Shown one piece after another: positions 28,802 to 38,611 of a stretch of 64,000 bases of DNA. This stretch comes from Bacteroidota bacterium (GTDB lineage: Bacteria > Bacteroidota > Bacteroidia > CAILMK01 > JAAYUY01): positions 1,727 through 65,726 of the forward strand of contig JADHTG010000010.1 in NCBI GenBank assembly GCA_016776505.1. The letters are read 5' to 3'. Position numbers and translations under genes: made by a program. The notes below the pieces were generated by a model. The model saw nothing but the letters and a program-made list of their open reading frames with translations, made no database searches and was not told where the DNA came from. Each line of letters begins with the position of its first letter. Within the stretch, counting starts at the first letter, position 1.

Positions 28802-31510
28802 ATGTCAGGTTATAAAAAAGTAATATATATTGCAATTGCCGTAATTATTTTATTAGGGGCTTTATGGGTGCTTATTCAAAAACTGCAGCTGAACAAAAAC
28901 TTTCCTGATCCATTGTCTGCATTGCCCGAAAATGCAATCATTTTCTATAAAGGATCTCACTTCCGAACTGATTTTAATCAAATAGCTCAAACGGATTTCT
29001 GGAATTCTCTGAACTCTCATCAGGAAATCCGTTCAATGGTCAAAACCTATTCTTTACTTGATTCAGCCATTTCAAAATACCCCAAATTAAACGACTACTT
29101 AAACAGCCAGGAAATAATTTTAAGTCTTCATAAAATATCCAGAAGTAAAACAGGCATATTGCTACTTCTCCAAACGATGGAAAAGTTTAAAGAAGATGAA
29201 ATTCTAGAAATTTTGAATACTGAAATGGGTATTATTGCCAGGGAACATCATTTTGAGGGATGCAACATTTTTAATTACCAGGTAAAAAACCAACAATCTA
29301 AGTTGGCATTTACATTACTTGATGGCATACTGGCTATCAGTTCGTCTTCCATTATTGTTGAAGATGCTGTAAGGGCATATCATTCCTTTACAGGAATAAT
29401 TGATAAAACAAATTTTGGAATTTCCTTTGCCGCGTATAAAGAAAACTGGTTCATCAATTTCAGGCAATTACCTTTCTTTTTGGATCTGTTTGCAAGTGAA
29501 GATTACATCGATCCTGCGAAAAGCCTGTCATATTTTGCTCAAACAGCCAACTATGAATTAGATTTTGAAAATGAATCATTTTCATTGAGAGGCAGCACTC
29601 AAACAACAGACACATTCAATGGTTTTAACAGCTTATTTCTAAATCAAACGCCAAGAAAAACAGACATTAGTAAAATTGCATCTCTGAAAAGTGCATTGCT
29701 TTGTTCCTACCACTTAAGCGATTTTAAAACCTACTTGCAACACTACCAGGATTATTTAAAATACAGTCAGCGCTGGAGTCCTTATGAAGCTGAAAAACTG
29801 AATTTTACAAAAGAACATCAGATTAATATTGAGAATGATATTTTGCCATTGCTGAAAGGACAGTTTGCTATTAGTCTTCATGAACCATTTTCTGAGGATA
29901 TCAAAAAAAGCAAAATAATTTATGTTAAAGTAGAAGATGTTGCTGAAGCCACCCATATCCTCAGGGAATATGATTCAGAACTGAGTCAAACATCGCCATC
30001 ATTTCATGAAATCTATAATTCGCATGAAATTTATATTTCAAATAAAGCCACTCTCTTTTACCTTTTATTTGGAATTTCATTCAAGTTGGAAGCGAAAGCA
30101 TTTTTCACTCCTATTCGTGATTATCTTGTTTTCAGTTCTGATTTAAATTCCTTAAAACAACTTATTGATGATTTTAACAGTGGACAGACACTCAGCTCTT
30201 CATCCGATTATCATCGCTTTGCTGATAAATTAGTAAGTGAGAGCAACTTTTTTAGCTATGTAAATCCCAATCGGCTAAACGGTATTTTTGAATATGTCCT
30301 AAATAATACATGGCAGGAAAAAAATCTTAAAAATTCAATATTCAACAAATTTGAAACTATCGGTTTCCAAATTGTCAATAACAAAAATGGATTTTATAGT
30401 GAATTAATAGCCACTTTCTCCACTTCAGCAACTCAAAACATAGAAAAAATCTGGGAAATAGAATTAGACTCTACATTTTCCACTAAACCATTTATCTTTA
30501 AAAACCATAATACCGGCAAATGGGAAGTGGTCGTATTTGATGATAAGAATAATCTTTACCTGATAAGCAATTCAGGGGAAATCCTATGGAAAAGACCATT
30601 TAAAAATAAACTGGTCGGGGAGATTTTCCAGGTCGATTTCTATAAGAATAAAAAATTACAATATTTATTTACTACTGAAACTCATTTGCAATTAATTGAC
30701 AGATTGGGACGAAATACAGCAAATTATCCGATCCGATTAAGTGCAAAAGCAAGTTCAGGTATTGGTATTTATAAAGAAGGAAAAGCAAATACACGCTTTT
30801 TTGTTGGAACTGATAATAATTATATTTTCGGATTTAATTTGAGCGGAAAACCATTGAATGGCTGGAGTCCTCAGGAAATCAACGGCAACCTGCAGTATCC
30901 AATTCGTTATTTCGTCCGTTCAAATAAAACACAATTTTTCGGAATAACGGATAATGGAAGTTTTTACAGATGGGATTTAAAGGGGAATAAAAGCAGTAAA
31001 AAGGTCGAACTTCAAACAAAGTTTTCGAGTCCCCTCCGGATGCGCTTTGGAATTGATAATGAAGACACTTATCTAGTTTCAAACGATTCGGCAGGAAACA
31101 CATTTTTTATTAACCTGGCTGATGAGGTGGAAGTCCAGCGTTACGGTAATTTCAGTCCGCATGCGTTTTTTGATTATATCGACTTAAATGGGGATAAAGA
31201 AAAGGATTTGATTTTTGTTGATCAAACTTCCTTCCTCTGCTTTTCAAAAGACGGAGCAATTCTTTATTCAATAACTTTGGAAGCTCCCTCTTCATACCCG
31301 CCCTATTTTCTTAAATTGGATAATAATTATTATGTTGCAACTGTAAATAAAAAAGGGAATAAACTATACATGGTTGACCTGAATGGTGTTCCCGAAAGAA
31401 ATTTTCCAGTGGAGTGTAACACGCCTTTCGAGTTTTTCGACTTGAATGAAGATGGAAAAATTGAATTAATTGCAGGCCAGGGCAACAGGCTTTATCTTTC
31501 ACGATTTTAA
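28802..31510 (+). CDS. Hypothetical membrane-anchored protein (DUF3352-like N-terminal region; C-terminal FG-GAP/beta-propeller-like repeats)
   Basis: N-terminal TM helix VIYIAIAVIILLGALWVLI. C-terminal repeats such as DYIDLNGDKEKDLIFVD and FDLNEDGKIELIAG. Confidence 0.4.
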   Translation: MSGYKKVIYIAIAVIILLGALWVLIQKLQLNKNFPDPLSALPENAIIFYKGSHFRTDFNQIAQTDFWNSLNSHQEIRSMVKTYSLLDSAISKYPKLNDYLNSQEIILSLHKISRSKTGILLLLQTMEKFKEDEILEILNTEMGIIAREHHFEGCNIFNYQVKNQQSKLAFTLLDGILAISSSSIIVEDAVRAYHSFTGIIDKTNFGISFAAYKENWFINFRQLPFFLDLFASEDYIDPAKSLSYFAQTANYELDFENESFSLRGSTQTTDTFNGFNSLFLNQTPRKTDISKIASLKSALLCSYHLSDFKTYLQHYQDYLKYSQRWSPYEAEKLNFTKEHQINIENDILPLLKGQFAISLHEPFSEDIKKSKIIYVKVEDVAEATHILREYDSELSQTSPSFHEIYNSHEIYISNKATLFYLLFGISFKLEAKAFFTPIRDYLVFSSDLNSLKQLIDDFNSGQTLSSSSDYHRFADKLVSESNFFSYVNPNRLNGIFEYVLNNTWQEKNLKNSIFNKFETIGFQIVNNKNGFYSELIATFSTSATQNIEKIWEIELDSTFSTKPFIFKNHNTGKWEVVVFDDKNNLYLISNSGEILWKRPFKNKLVGEIFQVDFYKNKKLQYLFTTETHLQLIDRLGRNTANYPIRLSAKASSGIGIYKEGKANTRFFVGTDNNYIFGFNLSGKPLNGWSPQEINGNLQYPIRYFVRSNKTQFFGITDNGSFYRWDLKGNKSSKKVELQTKFSSPLRMRFGIDNEDTYLVSNDSAGNTFFINLADEVEVQRYGNFSPHAFFDYIDLNGDKEKDLIFVDQTSFLCFSKDGAILYSITLEAPSSYPPYFLKLDNNYYVATVNKKGNKLYMVDLNGVPERNFPVECNTPFEFFDLNEDGKIELIAGQGNRLYLSRF

Positions 31511-31518
31511 AATGAAAC

Positions 31519-32340
31519 ATGGATATTTCAGGGATAAAAAATAGCATTGAAGCATGTTGGGATGATAGAAACTTATTAAAAAGCAGCGAACACAAGAATG
31601 CAATTCTATCGGCTATTGAATTATTGGATAAAGGCAAAGTCCGGGTGGCAGAGCCCACAAAAGGGGACTGGAAGGTAAACGAATGGGTTAAAAAAGCGGT
31701 TATCCTTTACTTTCCCATTTCCAGCATGACCTCCACTTATGCAGGTCCTTTAGAATTCCATGATAAAATTCCATTAAAATCCAATTATTCCAAACTTGGA
31801 ATACGAGTTGTTCCTCATGCAGTAGCCCGTTATGGAGCTTATATTTCTTCAGGAGTCATTTTAATGCCTTCCTATATCAATATAGGTGCTTATGTAGAAG
31901 AAGGCACTATGGTGGATACATGGGCAACCGTGGGATCATGCGCTCAGATTGGCAAGCATGTACATTTAAGTGGAGGAGTAGGAATTGGAGGAGTTCTGGA
32001 GCCAGTACAGGCTGCACCTGTGATCATTGAAGATGGTTGTTTTATTGGTTCCAGAAGTATTATCGTGGAAGGGGTACACATTGAAAAAGAAGCAGTTTTG
32101 GGAGCCAATGTGGTCATTACTAAATCCACTAAAATCATTGATGTGAGTGGCAAAAAACCCATTGAGTTCAAGGGGAAAATTCCAGCCCGATCAGTTGTTA
32201 TTCCAGGTTCCTATCCCAAAAAATTCCCTGCAGGAGAATTCCAGGTTCAATGTGCATTGATCATCGGTAAACGGAAAGAATCAACTGATTTGAAAACTTC
32301 ATTGAATGAGGCGCTGAGGGAGTTTAATGTGGCCGTATAG
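31519..32340 (+). CDS. dapD: 2,3,4,5-tetrahydropyridine-2,6-dicarboxylate N-succinyltransferase
   Basis: Left-handed beta-helix hexapeptide repeats; DapD-type N-terminus ...AIELLDKGKVRVAEP. Confidence 0.85.
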   Translation: MDISGIKNSIEACWDDRNLLKSSEHKNAILSAIELLDKGKVRVAEPTKGDWKVNEWVKKAVILYFPISSMTSTYAGPLEFHDKIPLKSNYSKLGIRVVPHAVARYGAYISSGVILMPSYINIGAYVEEGTMVDTWATVGSCAQIGKHVHLSGGVGIGGVLEPVQAAPVIIEDGCFIGSRSIIVEGVHIEKEAVLGANVVITKSTKIIDVSGKKPIEFKGKIPARSVVIPGSYPKKFPAGEFQVQCALIIGKRKESTDLKTSLNEALREFNVAV

Positions 32341-32375
32341 CCCATGTTGGTGTCCCCACCAACAACAGCATGAAC

Positions 32376-35228
32376 TTACATCATTTTCCTTTTCAAATAC
32401 TTAGCTGTGTAAGATTCCTTATAGGATATAAGATCCTCTGGACTTCCCTGAAAAACAACATAGCCTCCTTCCTCGCCACCTTCCCTGCCCAGGTCAATAA
32501 TATAGTCTGCATTTTTGATGACCTCCAGGTTGTGTTCAATAATTATTAAGGTATGACCCAGGTCCAATAATGCTTGAAAGGAATTTAACAACTTATGTAT
32601 GTCATGCCAGTGTAAGCCGGTAGTTGGCTCATCGAAAATAAACAAAGACGGTTCCTTTTTTTTCATTCCCTTTGCCAGGAAACTCGCCAGTTTTAATCGT
32701 TGTGCTTCGCCCCCGCTTAATGTAGAGGTAGGCTGTCCTAATTGCAGGTAATCAAGACCTACCTGAACCAGTGGTTCAAGTCCGGCAGTGATCACTTTTT
32801 GATCATCAAAGAATTCAATGGCTTCGCTAATTGTTAAGTTCAGTATGTCACTTATATTTTTACCTTTATATAATACTTCCAGGATGTCCTCTTTATACCG
32901 CTTTCCCTTACAATCTTCACAGATCAAATGCATATCGGCTACAAACTGCATTTCTACAATAATTTTCCCATCCCCCCTACACTCTTCACATCTTCCTCCA
33001 TCTACATTGAAAGAAAAATAAGCCGGAGAATAGCCATTTATTTTAGAAAGCTGCTGAGATGACATCAATTCCCTTATGTGATCGAAAATCTTCAGATAAG
33101 TCACAGCATTTGACCTTCTGGACCTGTCTATACTATCCTGGGACACAAATTCTATTTGATTGATACAGTCTGGTTTTAAATGGATTTCTTTGCAATTGAC
33201 AGCATCAGGTACAGGTGATTCACTGATATTTTTAAGGCTTTCATACAATACCTCTTTTACCAGTGTGGTTTTGCCTGAACCAGAAACACCAGTAACCAAA
33301 CTGATCGCATTTATCGGAATTTTTACATCTATGTTTTTCAGATTATAGCGGGATGCACCTTTAATTTCGATGAACTGATTAAATTTCTTTCGTTTCATCC
33401 GCATAGGAATCTGGAGTTCATTATTCAGGTATCGGGCTGTAATGCCTATTCCTTCTTTTCGTATTTGTTCATGATTTCCCTGAAAAATCAGGTTACCTCC
33501 CGATCGGCCAGCATAAGGACCTAAGTCGATAATTTCATCAGCAGCCCGCATGATATCTTCATCATGCTCAACAATCAAAACCGTATTTCCTAAATCCCGC
33601 AAACCGATCAATATCCCAATTAACTGGGCTGTATCTTTTGGATGCAAACCTATACTTGGCTCATCCAGAATATATAAGCTTCCGGTTAAATTGCTCCCCA
33701 ATGAATATATCAATTGGATTCGCTGAATTTCCCCTCCACTAAGTGAACGAGAGGTTCGGTTAAGTGTAAGATATCCCAGCCCCACATTCACCATCATGCT
33801 TAAGCGCAACAAAATTTCATGCAGTAATCGATTTGAAATTGGGTTCGCTTTTTCATTCTTCGAATATTTTTCAAAAAAATCTCTTAACTGATTAATGGGT
33901 AATTGCAGCAATTCGCCAATGTGTTTACCCCCCAGTTTAACATAAGTGGCCTGCTTTCTTAATCGGGATCCTTTGCAGGATTTACACCTCGTTCTGCCTT
34001 TAAATCGGGATAAAAATATCCGGTAATGTACTTTATAGGTATTACTCTCAAGGAAATTGAAAAAATCGTAAATACCTTCCGTTCCGGGAAATCCATCCCA
34101 TAGTAAATCCTTTTCAGATTCACTTAGATCCTGGTAAACTTTAAATAATGGGAAGTTTACCTTTTCAGCAGATCTGATAAAGTCTGTTTTCCATTTGCTC
34201 ATTTTCTCTCCTTCCCAGCAAATGACAGCCCCATCATATAATGACAATTGTTTGTTAGGGATGACCTTATTTTCATCAATACCCAATACTTCTCCAAATC
34301 CGCCACATTCATCACAAGCACCATAAGGGCTGTTAAAAGAGAATAAATCAGGTGTAGGTTCTTCAAAAACAATCCCATCAGCTTCAAACAGGTTAGAAAA
34401 CTCATATTTTTCTTTTCCATTCACCTGGACCAAACATTTACCATGACCCTCATGCAAAGCGGTCTGAACGGAATCTGACAATCGTAAATTAAGGTCACTA
34501 TCTGCTTCATCAAGTATCAATCGATCAACTAAAATGAATGCATTTGATTCTAAACCGGCAAGTAGTTCTGGTGTGATGGTTTTATCCTCGAGACCATTCA
34601 GGATATCTTCAATATCATAATCCTCAAGGGCAATCATGATACGTGAAAATCCTTTTTGCAATAAAATTGCCAGTTCTTCAGGCCATAATCTGTCCTCCTT
34701 CAATTTCAGTTCCGCAGATATTCTTAGTTGGGAATCTTTATCCTGTTTAAGCAGGAAATCAACAATGTCATCAACACTTTGCCTTTTGACTTCCTTTCCT
34801 GTAACAGGGGAATAGGTTTTCCCCGTCCTGGCATATAACAGCTTGAGGTAATGAAAGATTTCCGTTACCGTTCCTACAGTTGATCTTGAATTAGAAGTAG
34901 ATCGTTTTTGTTCAATGGCAATTGCAGGGGGTAATCCTTTTATGTAGTCTATTAAAGGCTTTCTTATTTTTCCTAAAAATTGCCTGATGTAGGCTGAAAG
35001 ACTTTCAACATACCTTCTTCTTCCTTCTTCATATAAGGTCTCAAAAGCAAGAGAAGATTTTCCAGAACCGGATACACCGGTAATCACAACCAACTTTCCA
35101 TGTGGAATGGCCAGATCAATATGTTTCAGATTATTCTGGTGTGCATTTTTGATTAAGAGATGAGACTTATGGTTATAGCCCTCTAAATCCTTCGTATTAT
35201 TATATGATTCTACTATTTGTTGTGACAT
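32376..35228 (-). CDS. uvrA: Excinuclease ABC subunit A
   Basis: Two ABC ATPase modules (GVSGSGKSSLAF, GVSGSGKTTLV), zinc-finger Cys clusters, 950 aa. Confidence 0.95.
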   Translation of the reverse strand: MSQQIVESYNNTKDLEGYNHKSHLLIKNAHQNNLKHIDLAIPHGKLVVITGVSGSGKSSLAFETLYEEGRRRYVESLSAYIRQFLGKIRKPLIDYIKGLPPAIAIEQKRSTSNSRSTVGTVTEIFHYLKLLYARTGKTYSPVTGKEVKRQSVDDIVDFLLKQDKDSQLRISAELKLKEDRLWPEELAILLQKGFSRIMIALEDYDIEDILNGLEDKTITPELLAGLESNAFILVDRLILDEADSDLNLRLSDSVQTALHEGHGKCLVQVNGKEKYEFSNLFEADGIVFEEPTPDLFSFNSPYGACDECGGFGEVLGIDENKVIPNKQLSLYDGAVICWEGEKMSKWKTDFIRSAEKVNFPLFKVYQDLSESEKDLLWDGFPGTEGIYDFFNFLESNTYKVHYRIFLSRFKGRTRCKSCKGSRLRKQATYVKLGGKHIGELLQLPINQLRDFFEKYSKNEKANPISNRLLHEILLRLSMMVNVGLGYLTLNRTSRSLSGGEIQRIQLIYSLGSNLTGSLYILDEPSIGLHPKDTAQLIGILIGLRDLGNTVLIVEHDEDIMRAADEIIDLGPYAGRSGGNLIFQGNHEQIRKEGIGITARYLNNELQIPMRMKRKKFNQFIEIKGASRYNLKNIDVKIPINAISLVTGVSGSGKTTLVKEVLYESLKNISESPVPDAVNCKEIHLKPDCINQIEFVSQDSIDRSRRSNAVTYLKIFDHIRELMSSQQLSKINGYSPAYFSFNVDGGRCEECRGDGKIIVEMQFVADMHLICEDCKGKRYKEDILEVLYKGKNISDILNLTISEAIEFFDDQKVITAGLEPLVQVGLDYLQLGQPTSTLSGGEAQRLKLASFLAKGMKKKEPSLFIFDEPTTGLHWHDIHKLLNSFQALLDLGHTLIIIEHNLEVIKNADYIIDLGREGGEEGGYVVFQGSPEDLISYKESYTAKYLKRKMM

Positions 35229-35307
35229 AATCTCGGTCTGCTACAAAGGCATTCCACTGCTGCAAAGTTAACAAAGCTACATCAAACCAAGGCTACAGAC
35301 CACAGCC

Positions 35308-35330
35308 GGATTAAGCAATTGCATTAATCC
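35308..35330. promoter_or_regulatory. Near-perfect 23-bp palindrome ggattaagcaattgcattaatcc, 80-100 bp upstream of uvrA
   Basis: Seen directly. Candidate operator (a LexA-like box cannot be assigned). Confidence 0.25.
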
Positions 35331-35564
35331 TGCAGCAAAAATATTTAATTCTAACCTTGTCATAACTAAATATTTATGTCCTGTTAATTTGTTCACAAAA
35401 CAAAAAATAAAACTAAAATTTAAATTTTTCTTTATTATGCTGAAATACGCATTAGGAACAATTAAACAAAAAATTAGCGAAATATTTGGTTTCCTTTAAT
35501 TAATGTTGTACTTTGGTAGTATAAAATAAGATAGTAAACCACCTAAATTTAAGCATTCGAACAA

Positions 35565-35616
35565 CCTCTACACTAGATTAATTACATATTAATTTCACGC
35601 CTAAAAATTGTAGAGG
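35565..35616 (+). promoter_or_regulatory. 8-bp perfect inverted repeat cctctaca-N36-tgtagagg ending 2 nt before the sigma-factor start codon
   Basis: Seen directly. Could be a 5'-UTR hairpin occluding translation initiation, or an operator. Confidence 0.25.
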
Positions 35617-35617
35617 T

Positions 35618-36196
35618 ATGCGTAAAGCCATTATCAGTGACGAAAAACTCATTCAAAATTATTTGAATGGCAATGAAGATTGTTTGAGAATGCTTATCAA
35701 CCGATACCAGAATAAGCTATATTCCTACATTGTTTTTCTTATTAAAGACAGAACGCTTGCCGAAGATGTTTTCCAGGATACGTTTGTAAAGGTGATTAAC
35801 ACCTTAAAAAACGGAAAATATAAAGAAGAGGGCAAGTTTTATCAATGGGTGGTTCGAATCGCCAGAAACCTTGTCATTGATCATTTCAGAAAAACCAGCA
35901 AAATGCCAGTCATTACTGACAGCAATGGAAATGATCTGATGTCCTCACTACGCATAGTCCAGGAAAATCGTGAAGATGAGATCATTCAGGACGAAACCAT
36001 TGTTGTATTGAAAAGATTGATCCAGAGCCTGCCGAAAGAACAAAAGGAAGTACTGGTCCTTAGGCACTACGCAGATCTTAGTTTTAAAGAAATATCAAAT
36101 CTCACCAATGTCAGCATCAACACCTCTTTAGGTCGGATGCGCTATGCGCTGCTGAACCTGAGAAAGATGTTGGTAAAACACAATATCAGTATTTAA
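35618..36196 (+). CDS. RNA polymerase sigma-70 family factor (ECF-type)
   Basis: Region 2 (YQWVVRIARNLVIDHFRK) and region 4 HTH (LRHYADLSFKEISNLTNVSINTSLGRMRYAL). Confidence 0.8.
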   Translation: MRKAIISDEKLIQNYLNGNEDCLRMLINRYQNKLYSYIVFLIKDRTLAEDVFQDTFVKVINTLKNGKYKEEGKFYQWVVRIARNLVIDHFRKTSKMPVITDSNGNDLMSSLRIVQENREDEIIQDETIVVLKRLIQSLPKEQKEVLVLRHYADLSFKEISNLTNVSINTSLGRMRYALLNLRKMLVKHNISI

Positions 36197-36313
36197 CCTG
36201 TACGTAATTTGAATTGTATTTTTTTGTAATTTGCTGCTATACGCTCATTCTTATTCCTAATTTTATCTATTTCGCAATTACTCTATTTTCTCCTATCTTC
36301 GCAAAATCATGAT

Positions 36314-37204
36314 TTGACTATGAAATATATTCCTGAATCAGAGTTAATCCTGAATGCTGATAAGAGCGTTTACCATCTGAATTTAAAACCAGAAGATATT
36401 TCGAACACTATTATTTTGGTTGGTGATAAAGACCGGGTTCCCTTGATCAGTAGTTTATTCGATACCATTGAGCTTAAGAAAAACAAAAGGGAGTTTTACA
36501 GTCATACAGGCTATTACAAGAATAAAAGAATCAGCGTAGTATCTTCAGGAATCGGACCTGACAACATAGATATTGTGATAAATGAATTAGATGCCCTGGT
36601 CAATATAAACCTTGAAAAACGAGTTATTAAAGACCAATTGAGCTCGTTAAATTTCATCCGAATCGGGACTTGTGGCACATTGCACCATGAAATTCCGCTT
36701 AACTCTTTCATTGTTTCAGATTACGGACTTGGATTCGACAATTTATTGAAATTTTACAAAGGAAATTATACCGCTGATGAAATGGAATTGTATGATCGGC
36801 TGAAGCAACATCTTCTTAAAAATGATTCGAGGATTTCATTTTACCTCTACAGCTGTTCAAATCAATTGAAACAATTTTTTCAAGGAGACTTTTATCATGG
36901 CATTACTGTGACTGCTCCTGGCTTTTTTGGGCCTCAGGGCAGGGAAGTCAGGGCTGCTCTTGCATACCCGGACTTAAATGATCATCTGGCAAATTTTGAA
37001 TATAAAAACCAGAAAGTATTGAATTTTGAAATGGAAACTTCAGCCATTTATGGTTTGTCGAAATTAATGGGCCATCATGCTATAACAGTCGATCTTGTAC
37101 TGGCAAACAGAGCCACCGGAGAAGCCGCTTCAAATTACACCGAACAGATGAAGATGCTTGCACAAAAGGTGCTGGATATTGTAGCAGATAGTAAAGAATT
37201 ATAA
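36314..37204 (+). CDS. Nucleoside phosphorylase (PNP/UDP family, uridine-phosphorylase-like)
   Basis: PNP_UDP_1-like pattern ...ILVGDKDRV...SSGIGPDNIDIVINEL...FEMETSAIY. Confidence 0.55.
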   Translation: MTMKYIPESELILNADKSVYHLNLKPEDISNTIILVGDKDRVPLISSLFDTIELKKNKREFYSHTGYYKNKRISVVSSGIGPDNIDIVINELDALVNINLEKRVIKDQLSSLNFIRIGTCGTLHHEIPLNSFIVSDYGLGFDNLLKFYKGNYTADEMELYDRLKQHLLKNDSRISFYLYSCSNQLKQFFQGDFYHGITVTAPGFFGPQGREVRAALAYPDLNDHLANFEYKNQKVLNFEMETSAIYGLSKLMGHHAITVDLVLANRATGEAASNYTEQMKMLAQKVLDIVADSKEL

Positions 37205-37306
37205 GTTTCGGTTTATTCAAAAAATTTATCTTTCAGTGTTAGTGCGACTTCAGTTCGGCCACCACCATCTGCGAAAAATTTTTGGTTTTATTTGGAATTT
37301 AATCTT

Positions 37307-37329
37307 TTCCAAAGTTCTAAACTTTGGAA
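37307..37329. terminator. Hairpin ttccaaagtt-cta-aactttggaa (10-bp stem) between two convergent genes
   Basis: Seen directly. AT-rich stem, weak U-tract. Possibly a bidirectional terminator. Confidence 0.3.
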
Positions 37330-37348
37330 AGATTTGAAAACTACGATT

Positions 37349-38611
37349 TTAGTACATTAGTAATTTGTGAGTGAAGCTCTCCCCGGCAAATGTCCCTGTA
37401 ATGATGTAAATGCCAGGTCGAAGTTCAATTAAATCATAAGGGATGGTTTGTTTTCCAATGCCAGTTATGATCTCTTTTTTTAGTAAAGCTCCCGTGATGT
37501 CGTAGAGGTTAAATATCAAATCCGAAGTACCCTTACTGAAATGTGTTTTAAAAATCACCTTGTTTTGTGTAGGGGATGTTCGTATATCTACCCTTGAATT
37601 TGAATTCAGAGAGTCGTATATTTTTTCACAGCCTGTAATAATCATGTTATTATAACTCACCAATTCTGAACGATAATTCTGGATGATTAAGCGCATTCTT
37701 TCGTTTTGCCCCGGTGTAAAAAGTTTCATACAGGCATCATAGGAATAATCCATAAAATCCTCGATTAAACGTACGTTATTACATTGCCTGGGATGAGGAC
37801 ATGAATTGTTGGGATGGGAATGAAAAGTTGTTGAGCAATTTGGTGTGTCGTAAATCTGGTCATCATCGTTGCAATCACCTTCTCCTTCAGCAAAATCATC
37901 ACCTCCCCAAACATGCATCAGGTCAAAATAGTGACCTGATTCGTGTGTAGCAGTCCTTCCCAGATTATTATATCCTGTTGCTGTTTTCCCCACATATTTG
38001 TAAGTTAACACAATTCCATCCCCATTGAAGTCAGGTCCTCCGGACAGCGTTGGACGATAGGAGTATCCCAGGAGTTGAGGGTTGTTATCAATGGACTTAA
38101 CAATCCAGAGATTCAGGTATTTATGCGGATCCCAATAACTCAGGTTTTTAGTGGCCATTTCATCCTCCGAGTCAAGATCTGTAAAAGACGATTGTATTCT
38201 GTTTATCCCCGTGCTTGCAACACCATCTGGATCACGACTGGCCAGGCAGAAGCGTATTTTAGCATCTTCACCTCTTGCATCCAGGTTATGAACTCCATAA
38301 TGACCATAATCTTCATTTAAAATATCAATTTGGCTTTTAATCTTTTGATCTGAAATATTCTCATCTCCTCCATCATGAATTACATGCACTACACAGGGAA
38401 TGATGTAATATTCATCTTCGTTAAAGGCTTCATAATTCCTGTAATAAATGGAATTAGTGGGGACAAAACGATGCTTATTAATTTGGGTCATTTCATGCAT
38501 GAAACAACCTTTTTTTGACACACCACCTTCAGGAATATCCTGAGAAAAGAGATTAAAGAATAAGAATAATCCTCCAACACTAAATAAGTATATTTTAAAA
38601 ATCTTATTCAT
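37349..38611 (-). CDS. M43-like (pappalysin/cytophagalysin-type metzincin) zinc metallopeptidase with C-terminal T9SS sorting domain
   Basis: Signal peptide. HESGHYFDLMH (HExxHxxDxxH, a metzincin-like motif with Gly replaced by Asp) at about 37900-37950. C-terminal ...IFNLYDITGALL...GIYIITG... Confidence 0.65.
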   Translation of the reverse strand: MNKIFKIYLFSVGGLFLFFNLFSQDIPEGGVSKKGCFMHEMTQINKHRFVPTNSIYYRNYEAFNEDEYYIIPCVVHVIHDGGDENISDQKIKSQIDILNEDYGHYGVHNLDARGEDAKIRFCLASRDPDGVASTGINRIQSSFTDLDSEDEMATKNLSYWDPHKYLNLWIVKSIDNNPQLLGYSYRPTLSGGPDFNGDGIVLTYKYVGKTATGYNNLGRTATHESGHYFDLMHVWGGDDFAEGEGDCNDDDQIYDTPNCSTTFHSHPNNSCPHPRQCNNVRLIEDFMDYSYDACMKLFTPGQNERMRLIIQNYRSELVSYNNMIITGCEKIYDSLNSNSRVDIRTSPTQNKVIFKTHFSKGTSDLIFNLYDITGALLKKEIITGIGKQTIPYDLIELRPGIYIITGTFAGESFTHKLLMY

